Below are positions 25,480-36,119 of a stretch of 40,711 nucleotides of DNA, one piece after another. The position numbers were made by a program, and so were the translations under genes. Location of the stretch: the NCBI RefSeq assembly GCF_001194135.2, contig NC_068989.1:2865937-2906647 (forward strand), written 5' to 3'. The first letter of the stretch is position 1, and every line of letters starts with the position of its first letter. This DNA is from Octopus bimaculoides (lineage: Eukaryota). The notes beneath the pieces were generated by a model. The model had not been told where the DNA came from. It saw nothing but the letters and a program-made list of their open reading frames with translations, and made no database searches.

Positions 25480-26935
25480 CATCCTTTATAAGATGGCGGT
25501 TGTTGTTGATTGAACTGTTTGGGATGGCATATGTCTGCGCTTCGCCAATCAAACCCCCGATGACAGGTGCCAACTTCTTTGCTAACAATTTGGTCAAAAT
25601 CTTGAACTTTGTATTTAGCAGAATTAACCGAAAATTATCAATGTAACTCTCACTCCTTGTTTGGATCCTTTCTCGGCAGAGCCACCATTCTTCAGCTCGC
25701 AGAAGTAGGAAGTCACCTGTTCAATTGACCGTTGCAGCAGTCACCTGCGAAGAGGTCACCGAACATGTCTGACATATATGCGTAAAGCTCGTAGAAAAGA
25801 CCATCTAAGCTCAGTGATTTTCCCTTTATGCAGCTATACATGGCTTTCCGTACTTCAGTGACGGTGATCGGCTTCTTGCAACATTCTGACTCCGTTGCCA
25901 AAAATCGTGTCGGCCCATTCTGAAGTCCATCCCACGATCGTATCTGTCACTCGTTCCAAACTGTCGAACGAAGTGCTACTGAAAAATTGCACAGATTTAC
26001 TTGGGGTTGAGTAGCACGTACTCATCATGGTCCGCCAAAGGGCGAAACGTGGCTTTGTAACGACCAAATGCCGCCTCTTCCACTCAGGCTCAGTGAACGG
26101 GTTTCGTTCCGTCAAGTCTTAAGGGTACGTACATTAGCACTTACAACGCAGTCTTTATCCTTTAGGCTGTAGAATTGGTCAAGGGCCAATCTTGCTTGAA
26201 GCACGTTTGTTGCAACACCTTTCCTAAGAGCCTCATCTAGGTTTCTAAGTTACCATCTCATCTAGTTTTCTTTGTCATTATCCACTTGCTAAATCTTATT
26301 GATCCTATTCTAATCAATCTTTTTCGTGGTGAACGACCGTTTATATTGTTGACAACTTTTGTCAACGTCCGATTAACTCATTTGCTAATCCGATCTCTCT
26401 GTAAGCACCGGAACGGAAGCGCTGTTTCCAGTAACTATGGTCTTGCCATTGTAGTCTATTTAGGTCGTCCTTACAAGTCCAAAATTTGTGGTCTTTGTAG
26501 CAGACCCCTGGAAATTGTGGACAATCTATACTATCCCTATCTACTGGCCTACAGTTTCCGAATGTCCAGAGGTACATTCAGGAAATACAGACGCCACATG
26601 TTGGACAGTTGGAAACCTCTGATCAGGTTTGAGAGGCTTTTGTACGCCCTTCTCTTATCATTTGACCTCGCACACTCCATAGGAGCATCCAAGATATGTC
26701 GTTCCAATTACCCACTAGCACTAAAGATCAGAACGGTCTAAGGAATGCCTTCAGACGCCCGAAGAAATTTTTTTTTTTATAGCAGAGAAGGAGCTTGATA
26801 CAATCTCTTGTACTTATTGTATTGCATTTCAACGTCAGGAGTTCTCCAAATGACAAACACCAATCACTCCATCAAGAAATACTGGTAAGATGTCACCACC
26901 ACCAAACAGGCGGCGCCAAAACGCCTCATATATAA
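25480..26935 (-). mobile_element. Decayed L1/Tx1-clade LINE, ORF2 fragment (AP-endonuclease plus N-terminal reverse-transcriptase region), pseudogenised
   Basis: Minus-strand translation across frames gives, in order: LVLVGNWND (endonuclease GDWN motif), DSIDCPQF..YKDHKF..YWK (SDH-box region), KPITVTEVRKAM..KGKSLSLDGLFYELY (cf. KSPGLDGLPYEFY) and KILTKLLAKKLAPVIGGLIGEAQTYAIPNSSINNNRHLI (cf. KILAKILANRL..EEQTCAIPGRSIHDN). Many stops and frameshifts. Confidence 0.85.
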
Positions 26936-27705
26936 TTAAAGTAGTGGAAAGTGAGAACTGATAAAATGCCATATATAATTTAGTTTCGACCTATTCTGTT
27001 TCGAGTTCAAATTGTACCGACTCCATTTCGCTTTTCGTTGGTCTATGGTCGATAAAATTAACTCGGTATACACTTTAGGTCAATTCAATTGACTTCCCTT
27101 AATTTAAACCGACCTGCATAATGACATCTGAACAATTCTGTATATCCACTTTTAATAATGAAGTGGATCGAAATGTTAGTTTATAAATGCTGCCTTAATT
27201 ACTGGTACAGATTACAACAGAATTTATAATGGAACGGAGAGAGATTTCCAGGCAACACAGATTAGTTAGAGGAAATGAATGAATGAATAAATAAACTGCA
27301 CTGTTTCTTATCCGGACAAGAGACAGACGTTCAACAATTGATTTAATCGTATCTGCTGGATGTCAATGCTGTTGATGGTTGCTTTTGTAAAAAGTTGTAT
27401 TTATTATAGAAATTATTGATTTCTTTGCATTCGCCGAAAAAGGACGCATTTCTTGACTGCAGGCATCAGAGCTTCATTGAAAGGAAAGCAGGAAATTACT
27501 GGTATACCCAGAAGAAAATGGAGTGGAATAATGACAAATCGATTCAATATTACCTATTTTCGGTTGTTTTCTCCTTTCCCCTATTTTTTTTCCTTCAAAT
27601 TAGCCATGATGAAGCAGACCCATAATGAAAAATAATCCATTTGGAATCATTCCGTTTATTTATCTTTTATTTTTGTCTGCATGAGACTCCTTGTCCAGTG
27701 TATTC

Positions 27706-27793
27706 TTCCTGGGAAAGGGTCTTCTACTATAGTCTTGGGCCGCCCAAAGCCATGTGAGTGGATTTGGTAGATGGAAACTGAAAGAAACCCATC

Positions 27794-27825
<32 letters not shown>

Positions 27826-27917
27826 ATTTGTGCCCCCAACATCCCTTGACAACTGATGTTGGAGTGTTTACGTCTCCATAACTTATCGGATCAGCAAAAG
27901 AGACTGATAGAATAAGT
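27706..27917 (+). mobile_element. SINE family A, central fragment
   Basis: gtcttctactatagtcttgggccg...gtggatttggtagatggaaactgaaagaaaccc...(TG)n...cttgacaactgatgttgg...gatagaataagt. Confidence 0.85.
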
Positions 27918-28486
27918 TTATTTCTTGATCTATAGTGCTGGCCACCAGTTTTATGTAATAGTTCTTTTCTTAGATTGGTGCCAGACCCAGAAATGTGCCA
28001 AAGGATGAGGTATAGTCAATTGAAAATCCCTTAGGATACAGCTGGTACTTAGCTCCACAGGTTCTTGAACTTAGAAAACTCAAAACATAGAATAAAAAGA
28101 GAGGAAGAAAAATGTAATAAATGCTATCTGGCATTCGATAATGTTCCCGCCACTCTATCGAGTCCTGACTCATCAATATTTTTCCATATTTCCCCGATTG
28201 GTTTTGTGTTTGCTCCTGTAGTTTAAAAAAACATTTAATCTTATCTTCGTGTGGCGCTACGTGAGAAAGCAGGAACGATTGTCAGCCAGCAGAGCGCTTT
28301 TGCTGTTGCTACTGCTGTTACACAATTGCTGTTTTCGTGAGTCAACGAAAGCAAAGAAACAGAAAAAGATAATTACAGTTGAACACCAATCAATAAAGCG
28401 ACTTTTCATATGGACACACCTATTTCATTGTAAACAGAAAGCTTCGCTATTGATTTTTACTTCTTTCCTTCCTTCTTGCTGAATCT

Positions 28487-28842
28487 TTTATCTCTTACTT
28501 GTTTCAGTCATTGGACTGTGGCCAGGCTGGGGCACCACCTTGAAGGTATTTTAATCAAACAAATCAATCCCTGTATTTTTTGTCATGTCTGGTACATATT
28601 CAAGCAACCTCTTTACAGGGACATGAACAAACTAACACCTGTTGTCAGGCAGTGATGAAGGACAGACATAATACACACATATAATATATGATGGGCTTCC
28701 ACACAGTTTCCATTTATTGAATCCATTCACAAAGCTTTGGTCGGCCCGAGGATGACACCTGCCCAAGGTGCCATTCAGTGGAACTGAACCAGGAAGCACG
28801 TGGTTGCAAAGTGATTTTCTTATCCACACAGCCATGCCTGCA
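28487..28842 (-). mobile_element. SINE family A, old near-full-length copy with CpG decay
   Basis: tcttacttgtttcagtcattggactg...gatgggcttcc (consensus gacgggcttct)...cccaaggtgcca...ccacacagcca. Confidence 0.8.
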
Positions 28843-28978
28843 TGTAAGCTAACGAGTTCCCACACTGGGAATTAACTCTGAATGTTAGCAAGGAATCCTA
28901 ACTACCAGACCACAGTGGCCAGGCAGAAATGTGTTTTGTGATGCTTTTCTTCCCAAGTCCACCTTGAGCTAACTAGAC

Positions 28979-29164
28979 CAGTGGTTTCCAACCCTTTTAA
29001 TATCTGGATCTGATCCAAAACCTGTTTTCCGGGTATGATCCAAAAGTGAAACACAAGTCAATCAAAGACATTTATTATATTTGTAAAGGGAAGACCACAG
29101 GGGGCCATCAGAAGGATGCTTGAGGGCCACATGCAGCCCTGGGAGTCACAGTTGAGAATGGCTG
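28979..29164. mobile_element. hAT (Charlie-like) non-autonomous DNA transposon / MITE
   Basis: Degenerate TIRs cagtggtttccaacc and agttgagaatggctg, subterminal gggccacatgcagccc, and 8-bp flanking duplication aactagac (28971-28978) / aacaagac (29165-29172). Confidence 0.7.
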
Positions 29165-29174
29165 AACAAGACAA

Positions 29175-29325
29175 TTGATGATTCCAACTGTGACCATCTC
29201 ATCATTTTAGGAAGTATATAGGATTGCATTTTCCGAATCTGTCCCTTCCTCCCTCAACACAACAGGGAGCGATCTGAGGGAGATTTCAGTGGATCAAACA
29301 ACAACATAGAGGCTCCCTCCTTGGG
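29175..29325 (-). repeat. Family C repeat, diverged
   Basis: ttccaactgtgaccatc...gatctgagggagatt...acatagaggctccctc. Confidence 0.6.
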
Positions 29326-29345
29326 TCATCTTACAACGTGTTTGC

Positions 29346-29455
29346 TTTGGTCGGCCCGAGGCTATAGCAGAAGACACTTGCCCAAGTGCCACGCAGTGGG
29401 ACTGAACCTGGAACCATGTGGTTGGTAAGCAAACCACACAGCCACTCCTGCGCCT
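29346..29455 (-). mobile_element. SINE family A, head-only fragment
   Basis: gctttggtcggcccgaggctatagcagaagacacttgcccaag...ccacacagccactcctgcgcct. Confidence 0.9.
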
Positions 29456-29464
29456 ATAACAAGG

Positions 29465-29567
29465 TCAGGGTTTGCAATGAAAGGGCATCCAGCCAATGAA
29501 AATCTGCCTCAACAAATTCTGTCTGACCCATGCAAGCTTGGCAAAGTGGACTTTAAACACTGATAAC
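29465..29567 (+). mobile_element. SINE family N (Nin/Inv-like) 3' fragment, old
   Basis: aaagggcatccagcc...acccatgcaagcttggcaaagtggactttaaacactgat resembles the reverse of 40467-40711. Confidence 0.65.
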
Positions 29568-29716
29568 ACACACACACACACACACACGCACAGTTATATA
29601 CATTATGTTAGATAATACATCTCAAGGCATATCTAGCAATTATGAGTGTTGATAAAATACATGTCTGTTAATGCATTACGGAAAGTAGAAAAGAGTAACT
29701 GTTACATCACTTGCAG

Positions 29717-29772
29717 AAATAACAACAACTGCTGCTGCAGCGGCAACAACAACACTTACATGCATGTAAAAG
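29717..29772 (+). other. Candidate internal exon (56 nt)
   Basis: Acceptor catcacttgcag| and donor aag|gtaagt. Only one frame is open (NNNNCCCSGNNNTYMHVK). No transcript evidence. Confidence 0.35.
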
Positions 29773-30138
29773 GTAAGTGCTGCATATATGGAAAAGCATG
29801 TATAGACACAGTTCTGCTTTACACTTATCTCCATATTGAATAATATTTGTGGAAGGACAAGCGTTCATATCCATTGAGTCAATTGACACAGCATGCTGTC
29901 AAATGTTGTACATAACAACCAATTGGTTAAGCACAGCACAAAGCTTAGAATAGGTTAAAAACAAATTCTCTCTAAACAGAAACCCAGTAAGCCCTTTGGC
30001 TTTTAAATAGTTATCAAGCACTTACGATTCAAACGAGAGCTCTTAATTACTTGTAGCAGCAAACAATAATATATTTATTAATAATGTATGTAGCGTATGC
30101 ATGTGTATATGTATATGTGTGTGTGTATGTATGTACAT

Positions 30139-30312
30139 AAAGTGAACTGGCAAAATTGTTAGCAAGCTTGACAAAATGCTTAGTGGCGTTTCTGCTTTTA
30201 TATTCCAAGTTCAAATCCTACCGATATTTACTTTGCCTTTCATCCTTTTGGGGTCGATAAAATAAGTACCAGCTGAACGCTGAGGTAGATGTAATTGACT
30301 TCCCTACCCCTT
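30139..30312 (+). mobile_element. SINE family K, old copy
   Basis: gaactggcaaaattgttagc...aaatgcttagtgg...agttcaaatcc...tttgcctttcatccttttggggtcgataaaataagtaccag. Confidence 0.8.
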
Positions 30313-30445
30313 ATATATATATATATATATATAATGGAGAAATTATACAAAATGTATAAATAGATGATGAGTAAAGCACAGTTTCAATTATCTGCTGTTA
30401 TCCGTAGATTTATTGCAGGAACTACGTAGTGGTGGTTGGGGTAAC

Positions 30446-30659
30446 AGTATTAATAAAATAGGAGATGGAATGTGTGATAGACTTTATTGAGTACAACACA
30501 TGTTTCGACCCGTTTTGGATCTCTTCGGGTACATCAATAAAATGTCTCACTAGAGATTTTTTGAGTCAGCTTTGAGTCAAATTTGATGGACGTATAGCAG
30601 TATGTAAGCCGACTCAAGCAATCTCTACTGAAACTTCCATCTCCTATTTTATTAATACT
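30446..30659 (-). mobile_element. Penelope-like pseudo-LTR remnant with 25-bp perfect inverted repeats
   Basis: agtattaataaaataggagatggaa (30446-30470) is the exact reverse complement of 30635-30659. It encloses a hammerhead fold and abuts a (TA)n tract. Confidence 0.6.
30482..30542 (-). ncRNA. Minimal type-I hammerhead ribozyme motif (core CCGAAGA, i.e. U4C variant)
   Basis: Minus strand: tttattga-t-gtac | ccgaaga | gatcc-aaaac-gggtc | gaa | ac-atgt-gt | t | gtac-tcaataaa. Stems I, II and III all pair by eye and the GAAA box is intact. Confidence 0.75.
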
Positions 30660-31080
30660 ATATATATATATATATATATATACATATATATACACACACA
30701 TATATATATATATACACTTACACACATATTTGAAGAAAATCAAATTCTAAAAACAACAAAAATTCAAGTGGGATGTTCACAATTCTTCTTATTATTATTA
30801 TTAGGTTGATGGTGAAGGAAGGAAAAACAGTTATAGAATAATAGTAAAACGCTTTGGACAAAGTCCTTCATCAAATATTAGAAGAAAGTCCAGGAGAGAC
30901 AAGGAAGAGAAGAAAGAAAAATATAAAAGAGAGAGAAAAGAGCACAAAAAAAACAAAAGGCAACTGATCTTCAACCTCTGACAAACTGGAAATGTGAGAT
31001 GTAATTGTGGTTTTATTGGGAAGAAAGTGAAACAGAAGTGTCTGTTGGTGTGTGTGTGTAAACAGCTAAGACTTTAAAAT

Positions 31081-31157
31081 CATCATCATCATCATCGTTT
31101 AACGTCCGCTTTCCATGCTAGCATGGGTTGGATGATTTGACTGAGGACTGGTGAAAC
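31081..31157 (-). mobile_element. SINE family N, young 3'-end fragment with (GAT)n tail
   Basis: 76/77 nt identical to 40471-40547. Confidence 0.9.
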
Positions 31158-31285
31158 ATAAATTGTATTTAAGCCATCTACAAGTATGGCCTAAGATAAG
31201 AAACAAAAATGCTACTACAAGAGTCAAATGTTATATCTATTACTTACCAGGTGATTGTGCTACCAATTATAATAAATTATGTAAA

Positions 31286-31507
31286 AAGCACCTATGCTGG
31301 TGCCATATAAAAACATCTGAGATGGTGCCATGTAAAAAAGACCCAATACACACTATAAAGTGGTTGGCATTAGGAAGGGCATCCAGCTGTAGAAACCAAG
31401 CCAAAACAGACAAAATGGAGCCTGTTGCAGCTCTTTGGCTTCCCAGCTCCAGTTAAACTGTCCAACCCATGCCAGCATATAAAATGGACATTCAATGACG
31501 ATGATCC
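31286..31507 (+). mobile_element. SINE family N, older copy
   Basis: gtggttggcattaggaagggcatccagctgtagaaac...ccaacccatgccagcat...tggacattcaatgacgatgat. Confidence 0.8.
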
Positions 31508-31554
31508 ACTGATTCCCATTTTGTCCATCCCTCAAACTAAGCCAAGCCAAGTAT

Positions 31555-31670
31555 TGAGTGTTATGTATCTAGGAGTACATTATGCAATGTGTCCCTTCCT
31601 TTTCTATACAGTGGTGTGTAATTCGAGGGAGATCTGGCTGCTAGTCTTAGTAAGTCGAGTGACTGACTAC
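31555..31670 (-). repeat. Family C repeat, diverged
   Basis: tacattatgcaatgtgtccct...gtgtgtaattcgagggagatctggctgctag. Confidence 0.6.
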
Positions 31671-32214
31671 CCACCAACCTCTCCCGATTCTTAGAGATTC
31701 TTTCATTTGCTTTGAGTCTTTTCTATAACCGTAAAGGCCTGGCCTGATTAGAGATGTCAATTGAACGTCTGTGATTTTTCTATCACTGACAGATTTGTAA
31801 TAGAATATAATTGGAGAGAGGATGTGTGTGTGTGTGTGTGTGCATGTGTGTTTGTGTATGCACATGTGTGTGGGTGTCTTAGAGAGAGAGAGAGAGAGAG
31901 AGAGAAGAGAAATATTAGCAAAAGCTTAAAAGCTTAGCTAAGTATAGTGCATGTGTGTGTGTGGTGTGTTTGCAGATAGGAATATAATAATCCTAATAAA
32001 AAAAAGAAGAAAAACATGAAAGCCATTAGAGCAACAGGAATGAGAACAACAAAAGCTAACAAATCAACTCAATAAAAGAAAAAAAATTCTTTGATAGCAT
32101 TTGTTCCTCTAAGTAAACTCTCTCCACCATTTTTATTCATTGTGTGTGTGTGTTGTTTAAACATGGTGTCTCATTCAATGTGTGTGTGTGTGGTATATGT
32201 TAATATCCATGTAG

Positions 32215-32380
32215 TGCAGGCATGTAGTTTTGTGGCTAGGGTATTTGGCTCATGGTCATAGGGTCGTAAGTTCAATCCCTGGCTTAGCAGTTAGGGTGTT
32301 GAACTCATAATTGTAAGGTTGTGATTTCAATTCCTGGATTGAGCAATCTATTGTGTTCTTGAGCAAAACACTTTATTTCA
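32215..32380 (+). mobile_element. Two adjacent decayed tRNA-like SINE heads (second is family B)
   Basis: B-box-like agttcaatccc (about 32270) and atttcaattcc (about 32325), followed by tgtgttcttgagcaaaacactttatttca. Confidence 0.55.
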
Positions 32381-32422
32381 TATATATATATATATATATG
32401 CATATGTGGGCACAGGACGTCA

Positions 32423-32507
32423 AACTCTCTGAACCGCTAAATTACAGGGAAGTTAAACACACCAGCATCGGTTGTCAAGTGATGTTGGGGAGGCGGGACA
32501 AACACAG

Positions 32508-32538
<31 letters not shown>

Positions 32539-32702
32539 CGACGGGCCTCTTTCAGTTTCCGTCTACCAAATCCATTCACAAGGCTTTGGCTGGCCTGAGG
32601 CTATAGTAGAAGACACTTGACCAAGGTGCCACGCAGTGGAACTGACCTGGAAACCATGTGGTTGGTAAGCAAGCTACTTACCACACAGCTACTCTTGCGC
32701 CT
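32423..32702 (-). mobile_element. SINE family A lacking its 3' tail, abutting the N gap 32716-33118
   Basis: Head through to gaaccgctaa, with internal (CA)n(TA)n. Confidence 0.9.
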
Positions 32703-32715
32703 ATATATATATATA

Positions 32716-33118
32716 NNNNNNNNNNNNNNNNNNNNNNNNNNNNNNNNNNNNNNNNNNNNNNNNNNNNNNNNNNNNNNNNNNNNNNNNNNNNNNNNNNNNN
32801 NNNNNNNNNNNNNNNNNNNNNNNNNNNNNNNNNNNNNNNNNNNNNNNNNNNNNNNNNNNNNNNNNNNNNNNNNNNNNNNNNNNNNNNNNNNNNNNNNNNN
32901 NNNNNNNNNNNNNNNNNNNNNNNNNNNNNNNNNNNNNNNNNNNNNNNNNNNNNNNNNNNNNNNNNNNNNNNNNNNNNNNNNNNNNNNNNNNNNNNNNNNN
33001 NNNNNNNNNNNNNNNNNNNNNNNNNNNNNNNNNNNNNNNNNNNNNNNNNNNNNNNNNNNNNNNNNNNNNNNNNNNNNNNNNNNNNNNNNNNNNNNNNNNN
33101 NNNNNNNNNNNNNNNNNA
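32716..33118. other. Assembly gap (N run)
   Basis: N characters. Confidence 1.
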
Positions 33119-33621
33119 AGGAGTTTTCATTTGTCATTAAAACAAACGATAAATGATCAGACAGGATAATCTCAGTAAATCTATGATAATTCATGTAATA
33201 ATTCCTGTGTATGCAGAAGAGTCAGAATCAGTGTGTAAGAATAGTGAGTGTGTGTCTGGGAAAGAAAGAGAAAGAGAGAGAGAGAAAGAGAGAGGGGGGG
33301 GGAGAAGAGAGAGAGTTTGTGTCTGTCAATATTCTACTGATGAAGTGAAATAGAAGAGTGGTTCCAGTATTAGCACTACTAATTCATAGGTCTTGAGTTC
33401 AAATCCAAGGCAAAATTTCCAATGTATGTTTTTGTATGAGGTGAGCTACTTCTCCGAACACCTGCAAGCAGTGCATCAGACTGAAGAGGACAGCAGTGGT
33501 TCAGTTGAGGGGAGAGTGCAAAGGTCCTGAGTGGATTGAGAAATTAATATAGCACACACACACACGAAGCTGTAATGGTCATAGATGTTTGGCTTGGCCT
33601 GTTTTTCCATTTTGATTGTAG

Positions 33622-33720
33622 AAGCCCTTTGTTTTGACATTCGAGGTCCAGTTTGAAAGGTAGCAATGTCACAAGATTTAAGGGTTAAACCTAGATACAC
33701 ATAGAATCTGCTGCAAACAG
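33622..33720 (+). other. Candidate non-coding exon (99 nt)
   Basis: Acceptor gtttttccattttgattgtag| and donor cag|gtatgc. Stops in all three frames. Confidence 0.4.
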
Positions 33721-33859
33721 GTATGCATATAATTTATATAAACTCATATACGTATATATAAATATTCTTACAGTATATGAAATTACAACTGACACTTATA
33801 AATAACAAACTCATAAGTTAACTTTGTACATACATAAACATCGTTGAGTATACATGAAT

Positions 33860-33873
33860 GTGATCATACACTC

Positions 33874-33908
<35 letters not shown>

Positions 33909-34262
33909 AACATACATATACATGCATATTGTATACAACAATACACACACACAAACATATTTATACATATGCATATATACACATACATGTCGTATATAAT
34001 TATACACACACACACAAACATACCTATACATACACACATATGCATACAATACATATGTATATTGTATATAACTATACACACACAAATATACATATACATA
34101 TGCATATATACACATACATGTCGTATATAACTATACACACACACAAACATACATATACATTCATATGCATACATATTGTATATAACTATACACACACACA
34201 TATAGATACATATGCATATACATACATGTCGTATATAACTATACACACACACACACATATAT
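33860..34262. repeat. Microsatellite-derived minisatellite with alternating two-unit higher-order structure
   Basis: Units marked by atattgtata and by catgtcgtatataa alternate three times. Confidence 0.8.
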
Positions 34263-34624
34263 AAAGACATTCCTAACCCCTCCCCACCCCCACCCCCACA
34301 CTGCATTAGGCAACCAACCACAGGAATACTAACAGAAGAGCCATTCTATTTAGTCAATTAAATGCCAGAGGTTCTCACAGCAACAACAACATCACTGCCA
34401 ACCAACCAACAATCTAATGCCAGTTAAGTTAAACAAACAAAGGACCCTTACCGTCCTTGTTCTTTCTCTCTCTCTGGGTTCCTCTGTGGCACAAGTCTTT
34501 TATTCTTTTGTTCTCTTTCCATTTTCTTTCTCTCTCTCTTTCTTTTGTTTCATGTTTTTGTCATATTCTTGGCATGGAAGTCGATTTAGTCACCAGAAAA
34601 GTAACAAAATATGAGCTAGACAGA

Positions 34625-34745
34625 GAGCCTATATGTAATTGCATGACCTACTAGAAATAGCAGGCAAATTCCCCGCAAAACATGCCTCACGATGTCTTCA
34701 AAGAAGGACATAGTAGTTGATGTAGTCCCAGAAACATTGAAGACA
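34625..34745 (+). repeat. Family C repeat, 5' part
   Basis: gagcctatatgtaattgcatgacctactagaaatagcaggcaaattcccc...aaagaaggac...gatgtagtccc. Confidence 0.65.
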
Positions 34746-34901
34746 AATACAGGCCTACCAAATACCATACAACATAAATTCTTGGTTTATTGAGATTATC
34801 TCCACCTCTAAGGGATGTAACATAATAACCAAATAGCAATTAAGACCAGCTCAACTTGAGAAGGGGAGATAATCTTAAGAAACAACACTGTCATGTAACA
34901 T

Positions 34902-35015
34902 CTGTTTTCCAGGCTGGCATGGGTTGGACAGTTTGACAGGATCCAGTGAGCTGTAAGGCTGCACTGAGCTCCAGAATTAGCCTTGGCATGGTTTCATGCC
35001 TTTCCTGATGCCACC
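34902..35015 (-). mobile_element. SINE family N fragment, old
   Basis: ttttccaggctggcatgggttggacagtttgac...atgcctttcctgatgcca. Confidence 0.7.
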
Positions 35016-35104
35016 CACCCCCACTACTGAGTTCGTTAAGTCACCTGCTAGACAGGAAAAAAAAGAAGAAAAAAAAAACAGGGAAAAGAAAAAAGGGGGG
35101 AAAA

Positions 35105-35190
35105 ATGCTCTTAAGTAAGTATGTGGGAATAATAGTCTGAGGGAGAACTGGCTGCTATTTTTGGCAGGTTGAGCAACCATGTAGCAGTTT
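35105..35190 (-). repeat. Family C repeat fragment
   Basis: tctgagggagaactggctgctatttttggcaggttgagcaaccatgtag. Confidence 0.65.
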
Positions 35191-35225
35191 CTTTATTGAC
35201 TCGGAGATGTGATTCTGATATTTAT

Positions 35226-35456
35226 TTCTTTATTGCCCACAGGAAGCCAAACATAGAGGGGACAAACAAGGATAGACAAAGTGATTAAGTTGATTACATC
35301 AACTCCAGTGCATAACTGGTACTTAATTTATCGACCACGAAAGGATGAAAGGCAAAGTTAACCTCGGCGGAAATTTGAACTAAGAACGTAATGGCAGCTG
35401 AAATACCACTAAGCATTCTGTCCGGTGTACTAATGATCCCGCCAGCTCGCCACCTT
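35226..35456 (-). mobile_element. SINE family K variant with a different 3' tail
   Basis: Head and body match 22690-22901, but the tail side reads tttctttattgcccacagg...agaggggacaaacaagg instead of ggcacaaggcctgaa. Confidence 0.8.
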
Positions 35457-35812
35457 GAGGCATGAACCAAAATGAGAGAGAGGGGGGAGGGGAGGGAGAG
35501 AGGGGGGGGGGTGAATTTATTTGATTCATAAGTTTTTACAATTTCAAGGCTTTGCTCCAAACTCAGAAACCCATGCTCACATGCAGACAGTTTAGTGTGC
35601 TTATTATACAAAAGGTTTCATTAACGACATTCATTAAGTTGATAAAATATTAAGTTGAATGGTGGAATGTTCTCATTGGTATACGTCTGAATTATGTAAA
35701 CATTGACACACACACACAATGGCACATGGCACATACATACACATGCATATGACACACACACACACTCACATCACTGCTATTGTTATTTCTATTCAATCTT
35801 CTTACTCTGCAG

Positions 35813-35856
35813 TCTATCATGGAATGAGACGATTGGGCGCAGCTGTTTTGATGCAG
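35813..35856 (+). other. Candidate exon (44 nt)
   Basis: Strong acceptor ttctattcaatcttcttactctgcag| and moderate donor cag|gtgatt. Contains an ATG frame MRRLGAAVLMQ. Confidence 0.3.
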
Positions 35857-36028
35857 GTGATTTGGCATGGCTGACTGGCACATTCAGTGTGGTTTGGATG
35901 ACGGTACTTTTCTGGAACTGGAGGCAAACACACACACACAGAAGTATGCATGTGCACGTAGAAATGTACGCTATACTGACAGGATGAGTGATATAGAGAC
36001 ACACAGAGAGAAAGAAAGAAAGAGGTAG

Positions 36029-36071
<43 letters not shown>

Positions 36072-36119
36072 TTAAAATGTCTGTGTGTGTTATATACCTT
36101 TGTGTTTCTGATGTGTTTG

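Noticed and set aside
32601-33194. ORFs spanning N gaps (also 2407-2883 and 37420-38021)
   Set aside because: Open only because Ns translate as X.
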